31,136 nucleotides of DNA from positions 1-31,136 of IMG/VR virus record IMGVR_UViG_3300005805_000302; one strand, given 5' to 3'. The translations under genes were made by a program, and so were the position numbers. Origin of the DNA: a virus (lineage: Duplodnaviria > Caudoviricetes). The notes beneath the pieces were generated by a model, which did no database searches, was not told the origin of the DNA, and saw nothing but the letters and a program-made list of their open reading frames with translations. Of this stretch, positions 8,010 to 18,284 are shown piece after piece; position 1 is the stretch's first letter, and each line of letters begins with the position of its first letter.

Positions 8010-10112
8010 ATGCCTAAATTGTTAAGTTCAAAAACCCTTAGAAGAGGGGGGAGTGGTGAGTTTATAGACCTTAAAGGAGCTATGCCTCAGTTACCACCTA
8101 CACCTACAACTTCTACTGGTTATACTTTAGTAACAAATGACAAATTTCAAACAGTTTATAAGTCTAGTTTAGGCAATATTGAGTTTAGTTACGGAGAACT
8201 TTACAGTAATATCGCAGGTCAAAATATAAAATTAATTGCTACAGATACATCTAAGATCATTGTTGCAGGAAATGTTCTTAATACTAGTACAAATACAGGA
8301 GCTTTAGTAGTTGAAGGTGGAATAGGTGTATGGGGTTCAATTCATACCGGAGAAGATATAGTTGTTAACGGATTAACTATTGGACAAGGTCACCAGGGCG
8401 TTAATAACATTGTACTAAGGGGAGAAGCTGCTCCTTTAATACTAGGTGATGATAATGGACAAAATTCTATAGCTATAGGGTACGATACGCTTGGAGGATT
8501 GACAACAAGTTACAAGAGTATAGGTATAGGTAGGCATGCATTACAGTCAGGAACAAATGTTTCTAGAAATATTGCTATAGGCGATAGTGCTTTACAAAAT
8601 ATTGGCTTGTACCAGTCATTACCATACGCTGATATTACTAATATTACACTGACGAATCCGGTGGTAGTAACTGCTCCAGGACACGATTTGACCAGTGGAA
8701 CATACGTTACTATAAAAAGTGTTGTAGGAACTGTAGAGCTTAATAACAATTATTATTACGTTTGGGTTGATAACTCTACTACATTTAAGTTATACGCAGA
8801 TATTAACTTAAACATTCCAGTAGATGGCACAGGATATACTGCTTATGTTTCTTCAGGAACAGTTGAACTAGACCTAGTTCAAGATGATAATATTGCATTA
8901 GGAGTTAATGCAGGGCAGTCATTGCTTAATGGCCAGGAAAACTTCTTCCTTGGTACCGACATTGCAAAAAATCTTACTACTGGATCTTATAATATTTTAA
9001 TAGGACACGACGTTGCCAATAATATGACAAAGGGCAACGCTAATATCAGCTTAGGCGGAGACAACTTAATTAATGGTAGAGATAATCAAGTTAATATTGG
9101 AAGTGTTTTCTATTATGATGGAATTTCAGAAACTGACATAAACAGCGACCTTACAACAGGACTAGGAACAACTGCTGTTCCTGGTCTGTACACTGACAAC
9201 GTTTTCACTGCAACACAGACAAATCCAGTCCAGATTATAACTTATGTAAACGGTTTGAATACCGGAAGCAGAATAATAGTTGAAAATATTGTAGGCATGA
9301 TTGAGCTGAATGGGGGCATCTTTTATACAAGTTATTTAGGTACAGATACAAATAACTATCATGTAGCAGAATTGTATGCAGACCCAGGTCTACTACAACC
9401 TATCGATGGTAGTGCGTTTACTGCATATGCTTCAAGTGGTACAGTTTATATGCTGCAACCCCAAGGTTCTGTGACTGTTTATGGCGGTGTAGGCATTCAC
9501 GGTAACTTAATTGTAGATGATCGTGTCGATATATACGCCGGAATGTGGGTAGAAAGCCTTATAACAGGAACTATTACTACTGCAACAAACTTAGAAGGCG
9601 GCGTATTAGGTAGCATACCATATCAAACTGCACCGGGTGAGACAGATTTTATACCTATAGGAGCTAGTGATACAGTTTTAACCAGCGACGGTTCTACTGC
9701 TACATGGCAGGCATTAGGAAGTATTACAGTAGGTGGTGCAATTGATGCCGACAATGCGTTTATTAATAGCACTATTACAGAAACTTCGTATTATCTAACG
9801 TTAAATGAGTCTATTGGCACTTACACAGCTTTGATAAGTGATATATCTTTAACCTATGTAACTACAACAGCCACAACTAGCACATATTTTTACAGTGGAA
9901 CAAATGTGTTAAATGTTCCCGGTAGTATATATTCTATAGATGGAAACAGTGACGAACAAAACTTACTTTACACTCCTAGAGTAACAATATCTACTACTCC
10001 TCCTCCTAATCCAAGAGTAGGCGATTTTTGGATTAATTCAACTACAGGATACGAATTGCAATGGGTAGATGATGGTGGAAATAAATTCTGGATACAATTT
10101 ACAAGCCTATAA
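8010..10112 (+). CDS. Fibre protein with YadA-head-like repeats and two E1-FCCH-like beta domains
   Basis: NSIAIGYDTL / SIGIGRHAL / NIAIGDSAL / NIALGVNAG repeats; duplicated TNPVxxT...G...G.ELN...DG...TAY.SSGTV domain (8634-8864, 9201-9446). Confidence 0.7.
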   Translation: MPKLLSSKTLRRGGSGEFIDLKGAMPQLPPTPTTSTGYTLVTNDKFQTVYKSSLGNIEFSYGELYSNIAGQNIKLIATDTSKIIVAGNVLNTSTNTGALVVEGGIGVWGSIHTGEDIVVNGLTIGQGHQGVNNIVLRGEAAPLILGDDNGQNSIAIGYDTLGGLTTSYKSIGIGRHALQSGTNVSRNIAIGDSALQNIGLYQSLPYADITNITLTNPVVVTAPGHDLTSGTYVTIKSVVGTVELNNNYYYVWVDNSTTFKLYADINLNIPVDGTGYTAYVSSGTVELDLVQDDNIALGVNAGQSLLNGQENFFLGTDIAKNLTTGSYNILIGHDVANNMTKGNANISLGGDNLINGRDNQVNIGSVFYYDGISETDINSDLTTGLGTTAVPGLYTDNVFTATQTNPVQIITYVNGLNTGSRIIVENIVGMIELNGGIFYTSYLGTDTNNYHVAELYADPGLLQPIDGSAFTAYASSGTVYMLQPQGSVTVYGGVGIHGNLIVDDRVDIYAGMWVESLITGTITTATNLEGGVLGSIPYQTAPGETDFIPIGASDTVLTSDGSTATWQALGSITVGGAIDADNAFINSTITETSYYLTLNESIGTYTALISDISLTYVTTTATTSTYFYSGTNVLNVPGSIYSIDGNSDEQNLLYTPRVTISTTPPPNPRVGDFWINSTTGYELQWVDDGGNKFWIQFTSL

Positions 10113-10124
10113 GAGAACTAAGAC

Positions 10125-10901
10125 ATGTCAACTTTAAACTTTCCTACCAATCCTACAATAGGCGACTACTATACAGTAGGTTCTAATACCTGGGTTTGGG
10201 ATGGATATGCGTGGGTAAAATATTCAAGCAGTAGTAGCAGCCCTATTAGTATTAACACTGGTACAGCTTCCACATCAACTAACACAGGCGCTATTGTAGT
10301 AGACGGTGGAATAGGAGTAAGCGGTAGTATTAATATAGGGACTACATCAACTGTGGCAGGTGCAGAAATTATTACAACTGCAACTTGGCAAGATTTTATA
10401 AACTTACAAACTGTCACTGATAGCGGAAACAGCACAACAAACAGTATTCATATACTTAATACTACGGAAACTACCGCTACTGGAGTAGGAGCACTGATAG
10501 TAGACGGCGGTATCAGTGCAGGTAAAAGAGTCATATGCGAAAGTCTTCAAATTGAGGACTCAGTTTTTGATTCTACGCTCGTTTTGGTAAATAACACAAG
10601 CACGGTAGTAGTAGATACTTATTCAATGAATCAGTTTAGATCGGCGAAATATCTGATACAAATCGATGACGGAGATGGAGCAACTGCCGATTTTCAGACG
10701 ATTGAAATACTATTATTAGTAGACAATCAAGGAACAGTTTACGCAACGGAGTATGCAGTGTTAGGGAGCAACGGAGAACTAGGCGAGTTCGCAGCAGAGG
10801 TTGACATTAGTGATAATGTCAACCTTTATTTCACCCCTTATTATGTAGGCGTAGGTAACACAATGAGTATTAAGGTACTCAGAATAGGAATGGAAAGATA
10901 A
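10125..10901 (+). CDS. Short fibre protein with C-terminal 'RSAKY' beta domain
   Basis: N-terminal LNFPTNPTIGDYY...WVWDGYAW module, TGAIVVDGGIGV shaft motifs, C-terminal DTYSMNQFRSAKYLIQI domain. Confidence 0.7.
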   Translation: MSTLNFPTNPTIGDYYTVGSNTWVWDGYAWVKYSSSSSSPISINTGTASTSTNTGAIVVDGGIGVSGSINIGTTSTVAGAEIITTATWQDFINLQTVTDSGNSTTNSIHILNTTETTATGVGALIVDGGISAGKRVICESLQIEDSVFDSTLVLVNNTSTVVVDTYSMNQFRSAKYLIQIDDGDGATADFQTIEILLLVDNQGTVYATEYAVLGSNGELGEFAAEVDISDNVNLYFTPYYVGVGNTMSIKVLRIGMER

Positions 10902-10913
10902 AGGAACAATACA

Positions 10914-13900
10914 ATGGCACTAACAGCTATCACTAAAGATTTTATAACTAGAGCAGGTATTATAGTTCAAGGTACTGCTCAGGTAACTAGTTCCACTAGC
11001 AACCTAGGCGCACTACAAGTTAATGCTGGTGCTGCTATTGCAAAGAACTTAATTGTAGGAACTACTGCTTCGGTTCACGGACCTACTTTCTTATACAGTA
11101 GTTTAGATGTTGACGGAGTTGGTACATTTAAAAATGTTGCTAACGCAGGCACTGGAACTGGCGCTCTAGTAGTTTCTAACGGTGGCGCTTATATCAAATC
11201 AGATATAAGAATCGATGGAACAACGGCTGGTAGCAGCACAGGTGGTGCTCTTAATGTTACATCAGGTGGTGCATTTATCAGTGGTATGACATATGTTGCT
11301 AATACTACAACTGCTACAAATGCTAATACAGCAGCATTGAGCGTTCAGGGCGGTATTTTCGGCAATGACAACATGCTGTTAAATGGATCCGGAAACGCAT
11401 TAGATGGCGCACCAGCTCTAAAACTAGCCAACGGTGGCGCACTGATTAATAAAAATGTTAAGATTGACGGAACTACAGCAGCAGGCGCAGGCACAGGTGC
11501 TTTGGTTGTTAGTGCAGGTGGTGCTTATATTAATAACGAACTATGGGTAGCAAGCACAACTAACGGATCAGCCGCAGGTGGTGCCCTTAATCTGTCAGCA
11601 GGTGGTGCTTATATTAACAATGTTGTATGGGTTAATGATAGCACAGACGCAGCTACAACTCCGGCTGGTGCTCTAGTTTTAGCTAACGGTGGAGCATATG
11701 TTAAGCTAAAAGCTATTATAGACAGTTCAGCAAATGCTACTGGCGTAGGCACTGGTGCATTGCAGGTAAACAGTGGTGGTGCTTATGTTAAGAAAGATGT
11801 CTTTATAGACGGAACAACTGCGGCTAGCACAACATCAGCAGCTCTGTATGTAGCTGGAGGTGGAGCATATGTAGCCGGTGACACAATAGTTAATGGTGCT
11901 ACAGCTGGTTCTATATCAGGTGGAGCATTAAAAGTAGCATCAGGTGGTGCTATGATTGCAGGCGACACCTATATCAATGGAACATCAACTGCAAATAACG
12001 CAGGTTCAGGTTCCGCAGCTCTACGTGTAGCAGGTGGAGTTTATGTAGGTGACAACTTATTTGTTAAGAGCACAGCATGGGATACCGGCACAAATGTAAA
12101 CAATGCTTTATATGTAGCAGGCGGAGCATGGATTGACAAGACATTACTAGTAGGTGGCGATACAACATTTAATGGCAACGTTTATTTTAATGGTACAGCA
12201 ACATTTGTATATTCTACAAATACCATGTATACAGATAACTTACTACAGTTGCACGTTCCACCAGGCTCTGATCCAATCACAGGAACATGGGTAGCAGATG
12301 ACGGAAAAGATATCGGTTTAATATTCCATTACTTTAAAGGTGCAGACTATGATGCTTTCCTAGGATTCGCTAACGATACAGGATATTTAGAGTGGTATGA
12401 TCGAGGAAACGAGACTCCAGGTGGTGTTTATTCTGGCACACGATATGGAATATTCAAAGCAGGTGGCATTGAGTTAGTTAATACAACTTCTGCTACAAAC
12501 ACAGTGAGCGGTGCATTTACTGTAGCAGGTGGTGCAGGTATTGGTGGTGATCTATACGTAGGTGGTACGCTTAATGTTAACGCTATTCAAGTGTCGGGTG
12601 GTGGTGACATTGTAGCAACTGTTACAACTGCTACCAACCTAAAAGGCGGCAATGCAGGAGAAATGCCAATCCAGGACGGTAATGGTAGTACAGCGTTCAT
12701 TGCAGCAGGAACAAGCACTAATCAAGTTTTAACCTGGAATACAACCTACAATACTGCAACATGGGTAAGCCCAGATGCAACTATAGTTGGTGCTGCCACA
12801 AACGTTGTAGGCGGTAATACAGGGCAGATTCCTTTCCAGAGTGCTCCAAGTTTAACTACATTTGATACTGAGTTTACTTACGACACTTCTAATAACACAT
12901 TAAATGTAGACAACTTTAATGCTACTGGAACAGTTAGATTAAGTGCATACGATCTGAACGCTGTAACATTTATCAATGCAGAAGGTGATTTAGATACTGT
13001 AGCGAGCACATCATTTGGCTTTAACAGTGCAACTACTGTGATGACTGTTGGAAGTATTGATATAGACGGTACCAATAAAAAGATATCAGATACAGCAGGC
13101 ACAGGTATTGAAGTTTATAGTGACGGAACTGGTTATGCTCAGTTAAACTTTAACAATAGTAACTATGTTACAGTAAACAGCAGTGCGATTCAGTTAGAGG
13201 CTCCTGATATCCTAGTAGGATATAACGAAACATCCGGCTTACTGTCTATGTCTGGATCTGCTGATAATAGAATTGAGTTCCCTCAAGTCGGTATAGGTGC
13301 TCCTACTACTTCAACATGGAGTGGTGGTACAAAGATTGCACTATGGGATAACGTTGGACCTAGTTCTACTGGTTACGGTATAGGTATCGAAACCAATGCC
13401 ATGTGGTTTGGTTTAGATATTCTTGCAAATACACACAGCTTCAAGTGGTATGGTAACACAACACCTATAATGACTTTAACTAATGAGTTGTTACAGGTTA
13501 ATGGTGGAATCAAAACATTTAACACTAACCCAACAGGCACAGCAGCAACAGGTGGTGCAGTCAGTGTAGATGGTGGCGTAGGTATTGCTAAAGATTTATA
13601 TGTAGGTACAACTGCAACATTTGCCGGTATAGTAAACTTTGATAATACCACAAGTAGTTACACAGCTTTAACACCAAACGCAGTTGTAGTAGACGGTGGT
13701 GTTGGAATTAATGGTGGATTGTTTGTTAACAGTTCTGCTACTATCCAGCAAGACTTGTATGTTTGGGGTGAAATCTACATGCAGGGTGCAGGATTGAATA
13801 CAATCACTGCTGACACAGGAACATTCGATTATGTTGTAATCGAAGGAACTGGAACTGGATTAACTGTATGGGATGACGCTTGGATTAAGGGCAGTACAAC

Positions 13901-14759
13901 ACAGTTTGGTGCATCTGGTGCTAACCAAATAGAAAATCTTTCAACAACTACAATGGAAGTTCGTGGTGGTTGGGGAGATGCAGGTGGTATACTAAGTCTA
14001 TTCGCTGGTAACTATCCTACAACTTATAGCAAGATTACTTTAAACGGTAATAAGACAATCAGCACAGAAGCAGATACATTTACATTTAAAGATTTTGCAA
14101 CAAATACTTTGGTAACTGTAAATGCAAATACTACAGCAACAAATGCAACATCCGGAGCACTTGTTGTATCAGGTGGTGCTGGTATTAGCGATGATTTATG
14201 GGTCGGTGATGAGTTACATGTAGCTGGTGTAGTTGATTTAACAAATACTACACAGGCACAAGGAACTGGAACTGATACTGGTGCTGTAAAGATTAGTGGG
14301 GGCTTACTTGTTAAGAAGAACATTGTAGCAGGCGGTCTAGTAATAGGCGGCGACTACATGGGAGGTGTTACACCTACTAACCCAGCAGGTCAAACAGTTG
14401 AAGCCTTTAAGGGCAGCAACAATATGCAGGCTGGATTTACAAGTAGTGTAATAAGTGGATCGAGTGAGCAAAACCTAGATGTATTCAATGCTAACCTATA
14501 TACTACAGCAAAATATATTGTGCAGGTAGTAGATGGCAGTGATGTTCATAGTTCAGAAATATTACTAATCCATAACGGAACTAATGCCTACTTAACAGAG
14601 TATGGTATTATAACTAGTAACGGTGAACTAGGAACATTCGGAGCTGACCTAAGTGGCGGTAATGTTACATTGAAGTTTGTTCCAACAAGTGCAACAGCGA
14701 TGAGAATCAATGTTATACGCACAAGTATATTAACAAGCATTAGTGCATATGCAGTATAA
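10914..14759 (+). CDS. Long tail-fibre-like protein (Gly/Ala/Thr-rich tandem repeats, C-terminal 'TAKY' domain)
   Basis: SD AAGGA; about 12 tandem GALxVxxGGAYI repeats; C-terminal DVFNANLYTTAKYIVQV domain. Confidence 0.8.
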   Translation: MALTAITKDFITRAGIIVQGTAQVTSSTSNLGALQVNAGAAIAKNLIVGTTASVHGPTFLYSSLDVDGVGTFKNVANAGTGTGALVVSNGGAYIKSDIRIDGTTAGSSTGGALNVTSGGAFISGMTYVANTTTATNANTAALSVQGGIFGNDNMLLNGSGNALDGAPALKLANGGALINKNVKIDGTTAAGAGTGALVVSAGGAYINNELWVASTTNGSAAGGALNLSAGGAYINNVVWVNDSTDAATTPAGALVLANGGAYVKLKAIIDSSANATGVGTGALQVNSGGAYVKKDVFIDGTTAASTTSAALYVAGGGAYVAGDTIVNGATAGSISGGALKVASGGAMIAGDTYINGTSTANNAGSGSAALRVAGGVYVGDNLFVKSTAWDTGTNVNNALYVAGGAWIDKTLLVGGDTTFNGNVYFNGTATFVYSTNTMYTDNLLQLHVPPGSDPITGTWVADDGKDIGLIFHYFKGADYDAFLGFANDTGYLEWYDRGNETPGGVYSGTRYGIFKAGGIELVNTTSATNTVSGAFTVAGGAGIGGDLYVGGTLNVNAIQVSGGGDIVATVTTATNLKGGNAGEMPIQDGNGSTAFIAAGTSTNQVLTWNTTYNTATWVSPDATIVGAATNVVGGNTGQIPFQSAPSLTTFDTEFTYDTSNNTLNVDNFNATGTVRLSAYDLNAVTFINAEGDLDTVASTSFGFNSATTVMTVGSIDIDGTNKKISDTAGTGIEVYSDGTGYAQLNFNNSNYVTVNSSAIQLEAPDILVGYNETSGLLSMSGSADNRIEFPQVGIGAPTTSTWSGGTKIALWDNVGPSSTGYGIGIETNAMWFGLDILANTHSFKWYGNTTPIMTLTNELLQVNGGIKTFNTNPTGTAATGGAVSVDGGVGIAKDLYVGTTATFAGIVNFDNTTSSYTALTPNAVVVDGGVGINGGLFVNSSATIQQDLYVWGEIYMQGAGLNTITADTGTFDYVVIEGTGTGLTVWDDAWIKGSTTQFGASGANQIENLSTTTMEVRGGWGDAGGILSLFAGNYPTTYSKITLNGNKTISTEADTFTFKDFATNTLVTVNANTTATNATSGALVVSGGAGISDDLWVGDELHVAGVVDLTNTTQAQGTGTDTGAVKISGGLLVKKNIVAGGLVIGGDYMGGVTPTNPAGQTVEAFKGSNNMQAGFTSSVISGSSEQNLDVFNANLYTTAKYIVQVVDGSDVHSSEILLIHNGTNAYLTEYGIITSNGELGTFGADLSGGNVTLKFVPTSATAMRINVIRTSILTSISAYAV
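11150..12150 (+). repeat. Degenerate coding tandem repeat, about 12 units of ~28 aa
   Basis: Recurring ggtggtgcttat-like DNA encoding GALxVxxGGAY[IV]; boundaries approximate. Confidence 0.8.
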
Positions 14760-14776
14760 ACTGTAAAACAGTTTAC

Positions 14777-14804
14777 AAAACAGGACCTAAATGGTCCTGT
14801 TTTT
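14777..14804 (+). terminator. Rho-independent terminator (potentially bidirectional), preceded by a second hairpin at 14757-14775
   Basis: aaaacaggacc-taaat-ggtcctgtttt; upstream taaactgt-aaa-acagttta. Confidence 0.88.
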
Positions 14805-14832
14805 GTTTCAACATTATATAAATGGTTTGACA

Positions 14833-14838
14833 TAAATA
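14833..14838 (+). promoter_or_regulatory. Late promoter box
   Basis: caTAAATA after the terminator, upstream of ORF 14882. Confidence 0.65.
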
Positions 14839-14881
14839 CTCAAAAGATTAAAAATCGCCGCTTTAGTGGAAAGGGAAACTA

Positions 14882-15409
14882 ATGGCAATCACATCGGTCA
14901 GTAAAGACTTTATTGTCAAACATGGCCTGGTAGTCAATACCACGGCAACTATTCAAGGTACAACCGACTCCGTATCTACCACAACTGGCGCTCTTATTGT
15001 CAAGGGCGGTGCTGGTATCGGAAAAACCCTTAATGCTGCTAATATTTTCGCTAAACAAAATGGTGTAATAGGTGTTTATGCAAACACATCTACCTATGTT
15101 GGATTTGCAGCAACATCGACAATGGCAACTTCTTCAGTATACTATCTGCCAGATGCAGATGGTAGTAGTGGACAAGTATTAGCAACAGACGGTGGTAAAA
15201 AACTTTCTTGGACTGATCAAACAGGTGTAGGTTCTAGCGACGAATCTTTTCCTGTGGGTGATTATATGAATGTTTACGGGCTAGCAGAAACCCATGTAGG
15301 TTCAGAAGGACAGGATCCTACAGATGCGTTTGGTGTTAGCTTAACATACATTTATGATTGCATGGACCCTGAAGGAAAAATTTTAACAAAAGATTTAGGT
15401 GGATTTTAA
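14882..15409 (+). CDS. Short fibre/adapter protein
   Basis: N-terminal KDFIVKHGLVV (shared with ORF 10914), STTTGALIVKGGAGI, LPDADGSSGQVLATDG fibre motif. Confidence 0.7.
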   Translation: MAITSVSKDFIVKHGLVVNTTATIQGTTDSVSTTTGALIVKGGAGIGKTLNAANIFAKQNGVIGVYANTSTYVGFAATSTMATSSVYYLPDADGSSGQVLATDGGKKLSWTDQTGVGSSDESFPVGDYMNVYGLAETHVGSEGQDPTDAFGVSLTYIYDCMDPEGKILTKDLGGF

Positions 15410-15419
15410 GGATTAAGAA

Positions 15420-18263
15420 ATGCCAACACAAGTTCAATTTAGAAGAGGCTCGGCTTCTCAGAATAATACCTACACAGGAGCCGCAGGTGAGCTGACCATA
15501 GATACTTCAACCTGGGACATAAGAGTTCATGACGGTATAACACCAGGTGGGTACAGCGTAAGTGGTGCAGCATCTACTGCTACTGCAATCTCAAGTGGAG
15601 TTACAGGGGATTTATTATACCAAAGTGGGCCAGGCGTTACATCTTTTATTAATATAGGAGCTGCCGATACTGTTCTTACCAGCGACGGAACAACTGCTAC
15701 CTGGGTAAGTTTAGGAACATTAACTGCTGTTGGCGGAGTTAATGCCGATAACTTGCAGGTAAATTCTATTACAGCTGGCAACAGATATCTAGTGGTTACA
15801 GATCAGACTGGAGCATATACAGCACTAGAAGCTAGCACTGCTACCATTTATAATGAATCTTCAGGATTAACAATAAACAAAGCACTTAATGCAGGAGGAC
15901 ATATTATTCCTACTGCCAATGGCACATATGATTTAGGATCATCTAGTAATAGATTTAGAACACTATATCTAACAAGTAGTTCTCTATATGTAGGAAATAC
16001 TCATTTAACCGGAACAGGAACAACTGGATTATCTGTTAACGGTGTGCCTGTTGCATTAACTAACGCAAATGGCGATCTAAATGGTAGAAACTTAGTGTTA
16101 ACAGGAAACTTAACAGTTCAGGGAACTACTACTCAGGTAGATTCAACTGTAACAAATGTTAGCGATCCTATCTTTTCTATAGGTGGTGGTGCAAATGGTG
16201 CAGCACCTGCTACAGATGATAATAAAGATAGAGGTATAGCTTTTCAATGGCATAATGGATCTGCCGCCAAAACAGGGTTCTTTGGTTTTGACGATTCTAC
16301 AGGCTTCTTTACATTTGTTCCAGATGCTACAGTTACCAGTGAAGTTGTTTCAGGAACTAAAGGTGTCCTAGATGCAAACTTGGCAGGGGGTGCTGCTAAT
16401 AGTTTAGTTTATCAAACAGCAGCAAATGCTACAGGATTTGTAACTGCTCCTACAACAACTAGCACATACTTACAGTGGGACGGTAGCGGTTTTGCTTGGG
16501 CAAGTTCAGTTGGACCGCAAGGCCCACAAGGACCTAGTGGAGTTGATGGAGCTACTGGACCACAAGGACCACAAGGGGTAACTGGACCACAAGGACCACA
16601 AGGGGTAACTGGACCACAAGGAGTAACTGGACCGCAAGGCCCGCAAGGAGTAACTGGACCGCAAGGCCCACAAGGACCTAGCGGAGTTGATGGAGCTACT
16701 GGACCGCAAGGCCCACAAGGGGTAACTGGACCGCAAGGCCCACAAGGAGTAACTGGACCGCAAGGCCCACAAGGAGTAACTGGACCGCAAGGGCCACAAG
16801 GACCTACAGGAATTACAGGACCGCAAGGCCCGCAAGGCCCGCAAGGAGTAACTGGACCGCAAGGCCCACAAGGACCTAGTGGAGTTTCAGGAGCGAGATC
16901 ATTTACTGTCACTAACAATGGAGCAAGTGATTACGTAATAGATGGATCTAACGATCCTACAATAAATCTGTTACAAGGTTTTACATATACATTTAATGTT
17001 AATGCTTCAGGACACCCATTCTGGATTCAAACAAGCTCAGGGGCATATAACGCTTCAAACATTTACAGTACAGGTGTTACAAATAATGGCACAGATAACG
17101 GCACAATAACATTTGCAGTTCCTTACAACGCACCATCTACATTGTATTATGTCTGTCAATACCATAGTGGCATGGCAGGGTCAATTAATATATCTGCTGT
17201 AGGACCTCAAGGACCTCAAGGACCAGGAAGTCCACTTGCAACAGTGTTTACAATAACAAATACTACAGCAGCAACAAGTACACAAACCGGTGCTTTACAA
17301 GTAGCAGGCGGTGCAGGTATTGGCGGCAATCTTTATATCGGTGGAGAAATAGTTGCTAATAAGTTAACGATTCAATATACAACAGTTACAACAACATTAG
17401 TTCAAACCGACGATGTTATACAGACATTGAATACTACAGATGCTACAACTACTCAAACCGGTGCTCTTATAGTAGCAGGCGGTATAGGTGTAGGAAAGGC
17501 AATCTATGCAGGTGGAAATATTAGGGGTGGTAAGATTACCGCAGCAGGGGATGGAACTCCTACAGCCATAGAAGTACAAGGTGGATTAGGAGTAGGTAAC
17601 GGAACTATAGCAGGTATAACTGCCATAAGAGGTGGAAATGCTAGTGCAGAAGGCGGACAACTTGTTTTAGGGTTTGGAAATAACTTAGCAGCTAGTATTA
17701 ACGGACAAGATAATAATACATGGAATATTGATGTAGCCGGTGGAACCTATGACTTGTTCAGAATATTTAGAGTGAATTCTGGAGGAACCTCTAAAGTAGC
17801 CTTACAGATAGATAATACTAATGCAGGTACACAGATTGATAGTTTAGGTGTAGGCACAGCAGCTTCCGGAACAGCGGGTGAAATACGTGCTACAAATGAA
17901 ATAACTGCTTTTTATTCTGATCGTAGACTTAAGGAGAATGTTGTTAACATTAGCGATGCTGTTACTAAAGTTCAAACTTTAAACGGTATAACTTATACAC
18001 CGAACGATCTAGCAGAAACTTATGGATATGACAAAAATGTTAAACTGGTAGGATTATTTGCAGACGAAGTAGAACAAGTTTTACCAGAAGCAGTCAAAGC
18101 AGCACCATTTGATATAAATGAACATGGGTACAGTAAATCCGGAGAAAACTATAAAACTGTTCAATATGAAAAAATAGTTCCACTTTTAATTGAAGCTATT
18201 AAAGAACAGCAACGACAAATTGCTCAGATTTCAGAAGCGCTAAATAAGTTGGTTAATAAATAA
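15420..18263 (+). CDS. Tail fibre: Mtd N-terminal domain, collagen segment, cupredoxin-like domain, C-terminal intramolecular chaperone (peptidase S74)
   Basis: [10 protein letters not shown]...GELTIDT...VHDGITPGG (Mtd_N-like); 43 G-X-Y triplets; GHPF...[10 protein letters not shown]; [10 protein letters not shown] auto-cleavage motif followed by a coiled coil ([13 protein letters not shown]). Confidence 0.88.
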   Translation: MPTQVQFRRGSASQNNTYTGAAGELTIDTSTWDIRVHDGITPGGYSVSGAASTATAISSGVTGDLLYQSGPGVTSFINIGAADTVLTSDGTTATWVSLGTLTAVGGVNADNLQVNSITAGNRYLVVTDQTGAYTALEASTATIYNESSGLTINKALNAGGHIIPTANGTYDLGSSSNRFRTLYLTSSSLYVGNTHLTGTGTTGLSVNGVPVALTNANGDLNGRNLVLTGNLTVQGTTTQVDSTVTNVSDPIFSIGGGANGAAPATDDNKDRGIAFQWHNGSAAKTGFFGFDDSTGFFTFVPDATVTSEVVSGTKGVLDANLAGGAANSLVYQTAANATGFVTAPTTTSTYLQWDGSGFAWASSVGPQGPQGPSGVDGATGPQGPQGVTGPQGPQGVTGPQGVTGPQGPQGVTGPQGPQGPSGVDGATGPQGPQGVTGPQGPQGVTGPQGPQGVTGPQGPQGPTGITGPQGPQGPQGVTGPQGPQGPSGVSGARSFTVTNNGASDYVIDGSNDPTINLLQGFTYTFNVNASGHPFWIQTSSGAYNASNIYSTGVTNNGTDNGTITFAVPYNAPSTLYYVCQYHSGMAGSINISAVGPQGPQGPGSPLATVFTITNTTAATSTQTGALQVAGGAGIGGNLYIGGEIVANKLTIQYTTVTTTLVQTDDVIQTLNTTDATTTQTGALIVAGGIGVGKAIYAGGNIRGGKITAAGDGTPTAIEVQGGLGVGNGTIAGITAIRGGNASAEGGQLVLGFGNNLAASINGQDNNTWNIDVAGGTYDLFRIFRVNSGGTSKVALQIDNTNAGTQIDSLGVGTAASGTAGEIRATNEITAFYSDRRLKENVVNISDAVTKVQTLNGITYTPNDLAETYGYDKNVKLVGLFADEVEQVLPEAVKAAPFDINEHGYSKSGENYKTVQYEKIVPLLIEAIKEQQRQIAQISEALNKLVNK
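16512..16898 (+). repeat. Collagen-like tandem repeat (43 Gly-X-Y triplets; GPQ/GVT units)
   Basis: Near-identical 9- and 27-bp units such as ggaccgcaaggcccacaaggagtaact. Confidence 0.97.
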
Positions 18264-18284
18264 TCGGCCGCAAGGGAAAGACTA

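Noticed and set aside
3546-14833. Numerous short antisense or alternate-frame ORFs within the fibre genes (also 275-589, 15527-15781, 17397-17579, 18532-19381, 22431-22733, 23169-23640, 26131-27114)
   Set aside because: Nested in or largely overlapping well-supported genes; expected from biased Gly/Thr/Ala codon usage; no recognisable motifs
14827-14855. Sigma70 promoter from TTGACA at 14827
   Set aside because: No convincing -10 at 17-nt spacing; the hexamer directly abuts a late box and may be incidental
16512-16898. Possible CRISPR array
   Set aside because: Repeats are contiguous, codon-phased and lack unique spacers
16412-16918. Minus-strand ORFs with PCGPCG or SLWALRSS repeats (168 and 121 aa)
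   Set aside because: Antisense shadows of the collagen repeat; no SD or promoter support
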